64,000 nucleotides of DNA, from the NCBI GenBank assembly GCA_003213495.1, contig QCMW01000001.1:810181-874180 (forward strand), in the 5' to 3' direction. The notes below the pieces were generated by a model. It had not been told where the DNA came from and searched no databases. It was given only the letters and a program-made list of their open reading frames with translations. Shown one piece after another: positions 1-8,297 of the stretch. The translations under genes were made by a program, and so were the position numbers. Each line of letters begins with the position of its first letter. Position 1 is the first letter of the stretch. The stretch comes from SAR86 cluster bacterium AG-422-O05 (GTDB taxonomy: Bacteria; Pseudomonadota; Gammaproteobacteria; Magnimaribacterales; D2472).

Positions 1-1
1 A

Positions 2-295
2 AGAATTGAAAAATTTAAAATACTAATACTTTCTGACAGATTTAAAGTTATTGATGCAGAATTGTTAGCTACAAAGCTTGAAGAGAAAGCTATCAATTTT
101 AATCATTCACTTGATCCTATTACTTGGATTTTTGATTTATTCCGAGCGGCTGGTTCACAGTCTTTTGATCTTGGTAATTATGGTATAAAAAGTTTAAAAC
201 AGTTTGATCCCAAAACAATTAAAGATGAAATAAATGATGAACTTCTTGAATTGTCTGAAGCCCATCATGGAAGATATTTTAAAAAGCTTAGCTAA
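2..295 (+). CDS. 3' end of an ORF entering from upstream of the window; product unknown
   Basis: The frame is open from base 2 to the stop at 293-295. The track lists only the part from the TTG at 62. No motif recognised. Confidence 0.4.
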   Translation, partial: RIEKFKILILSDRFKVIDAELLATKLEEKAINFNHSLDPITWIFDLFRAAGSQSFDLGNYGIKSLKQFDPKTIKDEINDELLELSEAHHGRYFKKLS

Positions 296-728
296 AATCT
301 TTCAGCATTATTTTTAACTCAAGCGAGTGTTGCTCTTCTTCGCCTATTTGCGACCTAGCGTATTCCTCTAGATAAACAGATTTATTTTCAACAGAAGTTA
401 AAAGTTTTTTATAAAGACTTAAGGCATGAAGTTCATGCTCTAAACTTTCTTCAAGAATATCTTTTATAGTATGTCTATTAGTTTCTTTTATCTTAGCTAT
501 TTTTTGACTAGGGTGACCATCTAGACCTGCAATTTTTTCACCAGCTAACTGAGCATGCATTAAAGATTCTGCAGCCTGCTCTTTTAAAAAAGTTACAATT
601 GGTAGTCTATAAGGACCACTCACCATCATAGAAGAGTGAGTGTATCTAACTACACCAGCCAATTCGTACTCCATGATCTCATTCAAAATATCACATACTT
701 CGTTAGTATTTATTTCGTTGTTAGCCAT
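288..728 (-). CDS. Bacterioferritin-like / ferritin-fold di-iron protein
   Basis: 146 aa, four-helix-bundle-like. Has paired E-x-x-H ligand motifs ('EQAAESLMHA', 'EEEQHS') and a bacterioferritin-like N-terminus ('LNEIMEYELAGVVRY'). A Fur-box-like palindrome lies upstream. Confidence 0.65.
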   Translation of the reverse strand: MANNEINTNEVCDILNEIMEYELAGVVRYTHSSMMVSGPYRLPIVTFLKEQAAESLMHAQLAGEKIAGLDGHPSQKIAKIKETNRHTIKDILEESLEHELHALSLYKKLLTSVENKSVYLEEYARSQIGEEEQHSLELKIMLKDFS

Positions 729-814
729 TGTATTTATCTCCAGTTATGAATTTGATAGATTTAATTATAATGTTATTATATTGATTGTAAACTACTGATA
801 TTAGGTATTTTTTT

Positions 815-839
815 AATGATAATCGTTGTGATTATCATT
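815..839. promoter_or_regulatory. Fur-box-like perfect inverted repeat AATGATAATC-N5-GATTATCATT
   Basis: Each 10-nt arm equals the AATGATAATC core of the classical Fur consensus GATAATGATAATCATTATC. It lies 87-111 nt upstream of the ferritin-like gene start (728, minus strand). Confidence 0.5.
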
Positions 840-950
840 CTCATTTAGGTAAGATTTTTACCTATCAAATAGCAATAAGTCTAATATTGAATGGCATATC
901 TTTGAAAATTATTTCAAACAAACATTAGGACTTTGCGGAATCGTAAATCT

Positions 951-1841
951 TTAATCAAATCTATCAGGTACAATTTTTTTTAGGAAAGAATATTTTTTAC
1001 TTAGCTCATTGATAATATTTTTTTCCTTATCTATTAGCAATTCAAGATCTGCTTTCTTTTTAGTTAGCTTATTAATTTTTTTCAAAGGTTCAACTTTTAA
1101 AGACTCTAACATTTTTTTTGTCTGAGCCTTTTTAGCATCTATTTCTCTTTGAAGTTTTTCTTGTTCAGCTCTTTTTTTTGCCTCTTCTTCTTCGCGTTTC
1201 CTTTTTATTTCAGCTTGCTCAGCTTCCTCCAATGCGAGCCTCTCTGCTTCAATTTTTGCTTCTTTGTCTTTTTCAGCCAACAGTTTAGCTTCTTTAGCTT
1301 TACGATCAGCTTCCTCCTGTTTCTTTCGTTCTTTGGCTTTATACTCTAACCAATCTTTGACTTGTGGTGAAAGTTCTTTTGCTCCTCGGAAAGTAGGAAA
1401 TATGAAAAGTAAGAAAATACAGGCAGTAAAAATCCAGTATCTAAAACCATGAGGACCTTCATAGGGAATATCCAACCAATCCGTTAATTGGACGAAAATC
1501 CAATACCTTGAATCATATGAAGCTTCATTAGTAGTATCAAACCAATACATTAACATCAATATTGTTACAGCAAAAAATCCACTTATTACGCATAGAAACC
1601 AGCTAAATTTATAAATGTCGCTATTATCTTTATAAAACTTTTCTTTTAGAGTGGAAGCATTAGAAAAATACGCTTCAAGTCTATCCCAAGGTAATGTTGC
1701 AAGACTTAAAAGAATAAACACTAGAATTCCCTGCCAAAATCTTTCCCATGCCCAAATAACTTGATATAGCCAATGACCGAAAAGTATTAACATAACTAAA
1801 CCAAGAAAGGTGGTTTTGTAGAAATTCCATAAATTTTTCAT
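951..1841 (-). CDS. Membrane protein: about 4 N-terminal TM segments plus a K/E-rich coiled-coil tail; function unknown
   Basis: 296 aa. Hydrophobic N-terminal half, then a charged heptad-like region ('KERKKQEEADRKAKEAKLLAEKDKEAKIEAERLALEEAEQAEIKRKREEEEAKKRAEQEKLQ'). Its start overlaps the stop of the upstream gene by 4 nt. Confidence 0.6.
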   Translation of the reverse strand: MKNLWNFYKTTFLGLVMLILFGHWLYQVIWAWERFWQGILVFILLSLATLPWDRLEAYFSNASTLKEKFYKDNSDIYKFSWFLCVISGFFAVTILMLMYWFDTTNEASYDSRYWIFVQLTDWLDIPYEGPHGFRYWIFTACIFLLFIFPTFRGAKELSPQVKDWLEYKAKERKKQEEADRKAKEAKLLAEKDKEAKIEAERLALEEAEQAEIKRKREEEEAKKRAEQEKLQREIDAKKAQTKKMLESLKVEPLKKINKLTKKKADLELLIDKEKNIINELSKKYSFLKKIVPDRFD

Positions 1842-2593
1842 TTTTTAATTTTAACTTCAAATGTTTTAAGGAATTTTTGATTTTTTTTGTCTTCCATTAT
1901 CGCTTCTATGCCTGATAGAGAGTCTTCATTTTCTATAGCTGTTATGATTTCATCAATTTTTTTTAGACCCTCTTTTTCTTTTGCTATTTTTTCATTTATA
2001 GCGAAAACCTTTAACTCTTCATTATCAGAAAGAACATTATTAATCGTTTCTAAATCTACAATTTCTTCTTCACTCATTGACGAATATGTTTTATCGATTT
2101 CTTTTTCTAATTTATCTCTAGTTTCTGTAAAGTATTCTTTATCTACAAATGCATCAAAATCAGATGAGCTGATATTTGCATCAGTTAATGATGCTGCAAT
2201 AGAGTTTAGGTCAAAATATGTTTCAATATGATTATTATTAGATTCCTCAATTGATTTTATATCTTGCCTTAAATTAAAGATCGTCTCTTTTTTTATTTTT
2301 AATTCTTTTTTTTCTCTTTCTTCCTGTTTTTCTTTCAGAATTCTTCTTTCTTCTGCTTGCTGAGCTATTTGGAGCTGTATTTGAGCACTTCTCGCAGTAT
2401 CTCTTTGGGCTGCTAACCTTTGTTTCTCAAGATTGTTTGCTTCTTTCTGGAGATCGGCCTGAAGTTTAGCAGCATCCGCAGCTTCCTTTTGTGACTTTTT
2501 AAGCTCTTTAATACTTTTATTGATTTGTTTATTTTGCGCAAGATTTGCAATGCCGACCAAACTTTGAGTTTTTTGAGATTCTAAGATACCCAT
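1838..2593 (-). CDS. Soluble coiled-coil protein; function unknown
   Basis: 251 aa, Q/K/E-rich and predicted helical. Its stop overlaps the start of the downstream membrane coiled-coil gene by 4 nt. Confidence 0.6.
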   Translation of the reverse strand: MGILESQKTQSLVGIANLAQNKQINKSIKELKKSQKEAADAAKLQADLQKEANNLEKQRLAAQRDTARSAQIQLQIAQQAEERRILKEKQEEREKKELKIKKETIFNLRQDIKSIEESNNNHIETYFDLNSIAASLTDANISSSDFDAFVDKEYFTETRDKLEKEIDKTYSSMSEEEIVDLETINNVLSDNEELKVFAINEKIAKEKEGLKKIDEIITAIENEDSLSGIEAIMEDKKNQKFLKTFEVKIKK

Positions 2594-2692
2594 GTATAAA
2601 TATTATAGTTGAGAAAATCGTTCGTAGACAATAACAAAGGAACCCACTTTGATTTAAATTTTATATAATTATCAAATCTTTTATTTAAATTT

Positions 2693-2950
2693 ATGAGGAC
2701 TTATATGAAATTTATTTTATTAGGCATTTTTTTATTACCAAACTTTGTTATAGCGGCCAATGACTCAGATGATAGAAAAGTTAGTGAATTATCTATTGAT
2801 GAATTAAAACAAATTGTTCGTATGATTGTTGAAGAAAGTATTGAGCAATGTACAGTTACTGGAACAATGGAAGGGAGAGCAAAAGTTAATCTTAAAGTTG
2901 AAGGTGAAGTTGTAGCAAAAATGTCATGTGAATTTGAATCTAACAAATAA
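2693..2950 (+). CDS. Small secreted protein; function unknown
   Basis: 85 aa with a signal-peptide-like N-terminus ('MKFILLGIFLLPNFVIAAND'; the true start may be the Met at 2705). TAATG junction with the next ORF. Confidence 0.5.
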   Translation: MRTYMKFILLGIFLLPNFVIAANDSDDRKVSELSIDELKQIVRMIVEESIEQCTVTGTMEGRAKVNLKVEGEVVAKMSCEFESNK

Positions 2951-3144
2951 TGCCAGAAAAAAACTTTTTTAAATTTTTTCAAACTGGTTGGAATAAACTT
3001 TTTGGAAAAGAAGAGGATCCATCCTCATTAAGAAGCAAAAGTTTATTCCGTGCGGTAAAAGGTATCCAAAATGTTGGAACTCCCCATGACTGGGAAGATT
3101 ATGAAAAATACAAGAAAGAGCTAGATAAACATGAAACAGATTAA
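2950..3144 (+). CDS. Small hypothetical protein
   Basis: 64 aa ORF coupled to both neighbours (1-nt and 14-nt overlaps). No motif recognised. Confidence 0.4.
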   Translation: MPEKNFFKFFQTGWNKLFGKEEDPSSLRSKSLFRAVKGIQNVGTPHDWEDYEKYKKELDKHETD

Positions 3145-3499
3145 TGTCTTTGATGAACTTATTGAAGAATGTTGCACTAATCCAATAACAGGATTTTACA
3201 GAGATGGGTTTTGCCACACTGATGAGTTTGATAGAGGTCTCCATGTTGTTTGCGCACAAGTAACAAGTGAATTTTTAAATTTTTCTAAATCAAGAGGCAA
3301 TGACTTATCAACTCCTAGACCAGAGCTAAATTTTCCAGGCTTAAAAGAGGGTGACTCCTGGTGTCTTTGTGCTGAAAGATGGAAAGAGGCATATGAGCAT
3401 GGTTTTGCTCCAAAGGTTTATTTAAAAAGGACTAATAAGAAGGCTTTAACCATAATAGATATAGATCTTTTAAAGGATTACGCTATTGATCTAGTTTAA
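3131..3499 (+). CDS. DUF2237 family protein
   Basis: Matches the remembered DUF2237 pattern: 'CTNPITGFYRDGFCHT..D.G.HVVCA..T.EFL.FS...GNDLSTP...FPGLKEGD.WCLCA.RW'. Confidence 0.75.
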   Translation: MKQINVFDELIEECCTNPITGFYRDGFCHTDEFDRGLHVVCAQVTSEFLNFSKSRGNDLSTPRPELNFPGLKEGDSWCLCAERWKEAYEHGFAPKVYLKRTNKKALTIIDIDLLKDYAIDLV

Positions 3500-4758
3500 T
3501 TTACTCTGGGTAATTGATACCAGTTAGTTGTATATTTTGGCGAGGTCATATTTTGTTTCATAGGCGACCATTTCTTTGTGTTTTGTGAGGCGAAATACAC
3601 TTGAGTTTCATAAGTGTTCATTTGATCAATATAACGCATAAACTCTGTATTTTCTTTGGGACTGTCTGGGTCTTTGAAAAGTAACTGTTGCCTGACTGTT
3701 TCATCAGAGAATCTATTTAAAATTATTCCGGCTTTTGCATAATCATATCCGGATTTAAAGATTGGTAATAATCCTTTTTTAGTTGCTGCCAAAATATCTC
3801 TTGTATCGTTTGTTGGAGAGAATAATTCAATTGTTTTGATACCACTATGCTGAGGTTTATTTTGATTGAAAGGACTAGTTCTTACAAAAACAGATATTTG
3901 AGAGCACTTTCGTCTTTCATGTCTTAATTTTTCTGCTGCACGAACAGCAAAATTACTAACAATAGGTTTTAAAGTTTTTAAATCAGAAACTCTCTCTCCA
4001 AAACTTCTGCTCACAACAATTTGTTTTTTGGATGAAATATCATCATCCAGATCCAAACATCTTTCTCCTTTGAGCTCTCTCACAGTTCTTTCTAAAACAA
4101 CGCTAAACTGTTTTCTAATATTTCGTGGATTCACATTTGCAAGATCTAGTGCTGTTAATATGCCAGCATTGTTTAAATGGTTAGTCAGTCGTCTACCAAC
4201 TCCCCATACTTTATGGACAGGGGTATGCTTAAGAGCTTCTTCAATTTGCTTCTCAGTTGATAAGTACATCACAGAGGTTGGTTGATTCGTTCTTTTAATT
4301 TCATTGATAGCAATCTTGCTTAAGGTTTTATTGGGAGCTATGCCTATTCGAACCGGAATACCTGTCCATTGCCTAACAATTGATCTTATGTGACAGCCAA
4401 AATCATATAGATTGTAATTTTCTTTTAAAGAATCTAAGTCTAAGAATGCTTCATCGATGCTATAAATCTCAACTCTCGGAACGAAGCCTTCAAGTATATT
4501 CATTACTCTGGCTGACATATCGCCATAAAAAGTGAAGTTTGAAGAAAATACCTGACCGTTTTGTTTTAAAAAAAGTTCTCTTACTTTAAACCAAGGAATG
4601 CCCATAGCGATGCCCATTTTTTTTGCTTCTGTACTTCTTGCGATAACGCAACCATCGTTATTAGACAGAACTACAATAGGAATATTTTTTAAATCAGGCC
4701 TAAAGACTCTTTCACAAGATGCATAAAAACTTTCGCAGTCAACGAGAGCAAAGGCCAT
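3496..4758 (-). CDS. umuC: Translesion DNA polymerase V catalytic subunit UmuC (Y-family)
   Basis: N-terminus 'MAFALVDCESFYASCERVFRPDLKNIPIVVLSNNDGCVIARS' is the canonical UmuC start. 420 aa. 1-nt overlap with umuD. Confidence 0.9.
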   Translation of the reverse strand: MAFALVDCESFYASCERVFRPDLKNIPIVVLSNNDGCVIARSTEAKKMGIAMGIPWFKVRELFLKQNGQVFSSNFTFYGDMSARVMNILEGFVPRVEIYSIDEAFLDLDSLKENYNLYDFGCHIRSIVRQWTGIPVRIGIAPNKTLSKIAINEIKRTNQPTSVMYLSTEKQIEEALKHTPVHKVWGVGRRLTNHLNNAGILTALDLANVNPRNIRKQFSVVLERTVRELKGERCLDLDDDISSKKQIVVSRSFGERVSDLKTLKPIVSNFAVRAAEKLRHERRKCSQISVFVRTSPFNQNKPQHSGIKTIELFSPTNDTRDILAATKKGLLPIFKSGYDYAKAGIILNRFSDETVRQQLLFKDPDSPKENTEFMRYIDQMNTYETQVYFASQNTKKWSPMKQNMTSPKYTTNWYQLPRVN

Positions 4759-5186
4759 TAGAATTTATTAATTGCAGCTGTGACAGTTCCTACTATTTCT
4801 AATTCTTGTCCATGATTAATAAAGATAGGAGGGTAGTCAGGATTATCAGGCATCAGACACATTCTGGGTTTGAGCTTTAATCGCTTACATACAAACTCGC
4901 CATCTATCGTAGCAACCACAATACTGTTATGAGAGGGCTTGATACTTCTATCTACTATTAGGACTGCTTGATCAGTAATACCTGATCCAACCATAGATTG
5001 TCCTTGAGCCCGAACTAAGAAAGTTGCAGCTCCGTTTTTAATTAAGTGTTTATTTAAGTCTATGGGACTTTCAATATAGTCGCTTGCAGGGCTGGGGAAC
5101 CCTGCATGGACCGATTCAAGAAAATAGGGCACAAATATTGCCGGCAGATTTTCTTCAGAAATTTTTCCGATATAGTTAACTTTCAT
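4758..5186 (-). CDS. umuD: UmuD, LexA-like S24 self-cleaving protein
   Basis: 142 aa. Ala-Gly cleavage context 'HAGFPSPASDY', Ser in 'GQSMVG', Lys in 'FVCKRL'. Directly precedes umuC and has an SOS box upstream. Confidence 0.85.
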   Translation of the reverse strand: MKVNYIGKISEENLPAIFVPYFLESVHAGFPSPASDYIESPIDLNKHLIKNGAATFLVRAQGQSMVGSGITDQAVLIVDRSIKPSHNSIVVATIDGEFVCKRLKLKPRMCLMPDNPDYPPIFINHGQELEIVGTVTAAINKF

Positions 5187-5199
5187 AGGAATTACTAAA

Positions 5200-5219
5200 T
5201 ACTGTATAAATATACAGTA
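5200..5219 (-). promoter_or_regulatory. LexA (SOS) box TACTGTATAAATATACAGTA
   Basis: Perfect CTGT-N8-ACAG palindrome of the gammaproteobacterial type. It begins 14 nt upstream of the umuD start codon. Confidence 0.8.
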
Positions 5220-5245
5220 TATTATAATTCAAAACAAGACAGTTT

Positions 5246-5956
5246 TTAAATTTTAAATTCTTTTAAATCTAAATCATTATCAATGATTGATAGATACCAA
5301 CCAGAGCTACCCCAATCTCCAAGTACTACTCTTTTAATAGCATCATGATGATGTATTTTTGGTCGATGAGTATGACCATGAATAAAAATATTTGGATTAT
5401 GCTCTTCTAGAAAACTATCTACAGACTCTAAATTAACGTCCGTAATTTCAAGAGATTTTTGAGATGTGGCCTGCCTGCTATCATTTCTCATTGTTGAAGC
5501 AATTAATTTTCTTTCATTTAAATTTTTAGATAAAAAATCTTTTTGCCAATCTTTAGATCTGACAAGACCCCTAAAATTTATATAATCTAAATCATCAGTG
5601 CAAAGGAAGTCTCCATGACTGAGAATGACTTTTAAACCATTTATATCGACAGTATAAGGATCGGGTAGAAGTGAAATGCCCACTTCTTTTGCAAAATCTT
5701 GACCAATTAAAAAATCTCTATTTCCGTGAATAAAAAATGTCTCTGGTCCATTTATAGTGAATTCAATTAGTAACTCTTTTATTTCTTGATGATAAGCATT
5801 GTTATCATCATCACCAATCCACGCTTCAAATAAATCACCTAGTATAAAAAGATGGGAACAACTTTCTTTTGACTCATTTAAAAACCTCTTAAAAGCATTT
5901 GTTAAATGTGAATTATTCTCGCTTAAATGAATGTCTGATATAAAGCGCGGTTTCAT
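5246..5956 (-). CDS. lpxH: UDP-2,3-diacylglucosamine diphosphatase LpxH
   Basis: Calcineurin-like metallophosphatase motifs 'FISDIHL', '[15 protein letters not shown]', 'GNRD', 'HGD', 'GHTH'. 236 aa. ppiase-lpxH synteny as in enterics. Confidence 0.85.
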   Translation of the reverse strand: MKPRFISDIHLSENNSHLTNAFKRFLNESKESCSHLFILGDLFEAWIGDDDNNAYHQEIKELLIEFTINGPETFFIHGNRDFLIGQDFAKEVGISLLPDPYTVDINGLKVILSHGDFLCTDDLDYINFRGLVRSKDWQKDFLSKNLNERKLIASTMRNDSRQATSQKSLEITDVNLESVDSFLEEHNPNIFIHGHTHRPKIHHHDAIKRVVLGDWGSSGWYLSIIDNDLDLKEFKI

Positions 5957-6681
5957 TCACTAATAGTAACAGACTCTATAGTTATTATTTCTAGGGGAAC
6001 ATCTTGATAAGGACCGACATTTCCAGTTGCTACATCAGCTATTTGATCTACAACGTCCATGCCTTCAGTTACAGCACCAAATACTGCATAACCCCATCCC
6101 TGTGGATTTTCTCCGGTATGATTTAAAAATCCATTATCTTTATGATTTATAAAAAATTGACTAGTTGCTGAATGAGGATCACCAGTTCTAGCCATTGCTA
6201 TGGTACCTCTATCATTCGAAAGTCCATTATTTGCCTCATTTTGGATTGGACTTGTTTCGCTTGATTTGTTATTCATATCAGCAGTCAGTCCGCCACCCTG
6301 AACCATAAAGCCATTAATTACTCTATGGAATATCGTCCCTTCGTAGTATCCAGAATCGGCAATAGTTTTAAAATTTTCAACTGTTATAGGCGCTTTTTCA
6401 TCATTAAGTTCAAGCTTAATTTCACCGAGTGAAGTTTGTATAGTTACTTGTGTCATATTTTTCTCCGTATCATTTGCAATTTTATCATTCTCATTATAAT
6501 TATCTTCTTCGTATACTGGATTTTCCAATATAGCTTTAAATTCCTCAAAAGTTAGATCGGTATTTGGTATAGTTTCAATAAGCTCATCATATTTTTCTTC
6601 ATACCACTCATCAGAACCAGGCTCTGGTGGACTGCATGCAGTCACAAAAAAGATTAAAGTAAAAAGCGTTATTAGTTTCAT
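5953..6681 (-). CDS. Cyclophilin-type peptidyl-prolyl isomerase, lipoprotein
   Basis: Lipobox 'FVTAC', then the cyclophilin core '[14 protein letters not shown]', 'GTIAMAR', 'SQFFIN'. Confidence 0.85.
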   Translation of the reverse strand: MKLITLFTLIFFVTACSPPEPGSDEWYEEKYDELIETIPNTDLTFEEFKAILENPVYEEDNYNENDKIANDTEKNMTQVTIQTSLGEIKLELNDEKAPITVENFKTIADSGYYEGTIFHRVINGFMVQGGGLTADMNNKSSETSPIQNEANNGLSNDRGTIAMARTGDPHSATSQFFINHKDNGFLNHTGENPQGWGYAVFGAVTEGMDVVDQIADVATGNVGPYQDVPLEIITIESVTISE

Positions 6682-6708
6682 AAATGTATATTTTAATAGA
6701 TTTTATAT

Positions 6709-7827
6709 TTAATACTGTTTTGTAAGAATATATTCTTTGAAATAATTTTCTATCAATTTTGGAGTTAAACCGAACTCTTCAAGTGTATAAGTATGTTTTT
6801 GTTTTTTAAGATTATTTTGTGTCCGAAGGTAATCTAGCATTTTATTTTCAGTTTCTATATCCATATCAAGTCCAATTGTTGTGTAAGCCTTCTTGATAAC
6901 ATTGATTGGATCTGTAATGAATTCTTGGTAACTTATGTTGGCAATTTGATTCTCATCCAAACTTTTTTTATGTTCCATACCTTGATATAGCTTATGCTTC
7001 CAAAAATCTACAACCATATTTCCAATATTTTCATTGTTAACACTTTTAGTAAAACCCAATCTAACATTTTTAGTCAAACTGCAAAATGAACCTATTGATT
7101 CTGTAGGATCTCTATGAATATTTATAAACTTAGCATTCGGATAGGTTTCGAGTATCTCTGGGATATGACCAATATGGCTAGGATCTTTTAATAGCCACCT
7201 TTTTGGCTTGCCTGTTAACTCTAACATTTGGAAAAATCGTTTATGCCACATAAAAACAGATTTGAAGTTGCATGTCTTTAGATACTCAGCATATTCAGGA
7301 ACATCTGCCATACATAAATAAACGATGCTTCTGATATTAATAGTTGCTATAAGCATACATTCTTCTGGGGTCTCTGCTCTAATATGATGCATAGCTCTTA
7401 ATTTTGGGATAATTGTTCTAGCAAGTTTTAATTGCATGTTTATTTTTCTTTGTCTGAATTGCTTCTGTTTATCAGTTTTTGCTAAGGGCAAAGGATTCAT
7501 TATTTCCCAATATTTTGGTGATCGATGATTTGAATCTAGTGCAAGCATATTAAACAAGAAAGTTGTTCCAGATCTGGGTAAACCTGTCACAAAAATCATA
7601 TCTGATGGCTCTTGCAAATCATGATCATTTACAAATTCATATAGTTCACTGCGAACTTTAAGCCTATCTTTAAGTTGATTTTTAAAAGCAATTGAACCAA
7701 ATAAGTTGAATTTATTATGTCTATTAGCTGAATCAATTAATATATTGAGTGGCTCAGTATAATCATCTTCACCTAAGCAACCCTTTAAGCCGCCTAGCAT
7801 TTTTTCAGCTGTAAGTTTTCCAAACAT
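6709..7827 (-). CDS. Sulfotransferase family protein
   Basis: PAPS 5'-phosphosulfate-binding loop 'GLPRSGTTFLFNML' and a later 'RDP' region. 372 aa. Confidence 0.7.
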   Translation of the reverse strand: MFGKLTAEKMLGGLKGCLGEDDYTEPLNILIDSANRHNKFNLFGSIAFKNQLKDRLKVRSELYEFVNDHDLQEPSDMIFVTGLPRSGTTFLFNMLALDSNHRSPKYWEIMNPLPLAKTDKQKQFRQRKINMQLKLARTIIPKLRAMHHIRAETPEECMLIATINIRSIVYLCMADVPEYAEYLKTCNFKSVFMWHKRFFQMLELTGKPKRWLLKDPSHIGHIPEILETYPNAKFINIHRDPTESIGSFCSLTKNVRLGFTKSVNNENIGNMVVDFWKHKLYQGMEHKKSLDENQIANISYQEFITDPINVIKKAYTTIGLDMDIETENKMLDYLRTQNNLKKQKHTYTLEEFGLTPKLIENYFKEYILTKQY

Positions 7828-7877
7828 ATATATAAGATACCTTTATAAATCGTAATCCTCAATTTAAAATTGTTTTA

Positions 7878-8297
7878 ATGAATATATTATTTTTATGTGT
7901 AGGTAACTCTGCAAGAAGTCAGATAGCTGAGGGATTGGCAAACAGTATGTTTGGAAGTAGACATAATATTAAAAGTGCTGGGTCATCACCAACAGGCAAA
8001 ATTCATCCTGGCGCAGTATCTATATTAGATGAAATAGGAATTGATATTACAAATTATAAATCAAAGTCTATTAACGATTTTGATGAAGACTTTATTGATA
8101 GTCTTGACCTAGTTATTACACTTTGTAATGAGGAAATTTGTCCAGCTCTTCCAACTAAAGCAAGGTTTTTTCATTGGATAAATGAGGATCCTGCGAATAA
8201 TAATCTAAACGAACTTCAGTCAAAATTAGCCTTCAGAAAAACAAGAGACAATATATTTAATTTGTTAAAAAAATTAATGCTTGAGAATAATCTATGA
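7878..8297 (+). CDS. Low-molecular-weight phosphatase / thioredoxin-type ArsC family protein
   Basis: N-terminal CX5R(S) P-loop 'LCVGNSARSQIAEG'. Downstream Cys pair 'TLCNEEIC'. 139 aa. ATGA overlap with the methyltransferase gene. Confidence 0.7.
   Translation: MNILFLCVGNSARSQIAEGLANSMFGSRHNIKSAGSSPTGKIHPGAVSILDEIGIDITNYKSKSINDFDEDFIDSLDLVITLCNEEICPALPTKARFFHWINEDPANNNLNELQSKLAFRKTRDNIFNLLKKLMLENNL

Noticed and set aside
1140-1340. Apparent repetitive DNA (GCTTC, TTTTC and CTTCT runs)
   Set aside because: It is not a tandem-repeat element or a CRISPR array. It is the coding strand complement of a K/E/A-rich coiled-coil region with irregular periodicity.
1149-1452. Plus-strand ORFs of 66 and 62 aa (F/L/S-rich) in the track
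   Set aside because: They are the antisense shadow of the K/E-rich coiled-coil gene at 951-1841. Their low-complexity Phe/Ser/Leu composition is what the reverse complement of AAG/GAA-rich coding sequence produces.
1887-3259. Track ORFs 1887-2231 (+), 2701-2982 (-) and 2969-3259 (-)
   Set aside because: They lie antisense to better-supported genes (the coiled-coil gene, the small secreted-protein gene and the DUF2237 gene). They have no motifs or SD sequences, and stop-poor antisense frames are expected in AT-rich DNA with codon bias.
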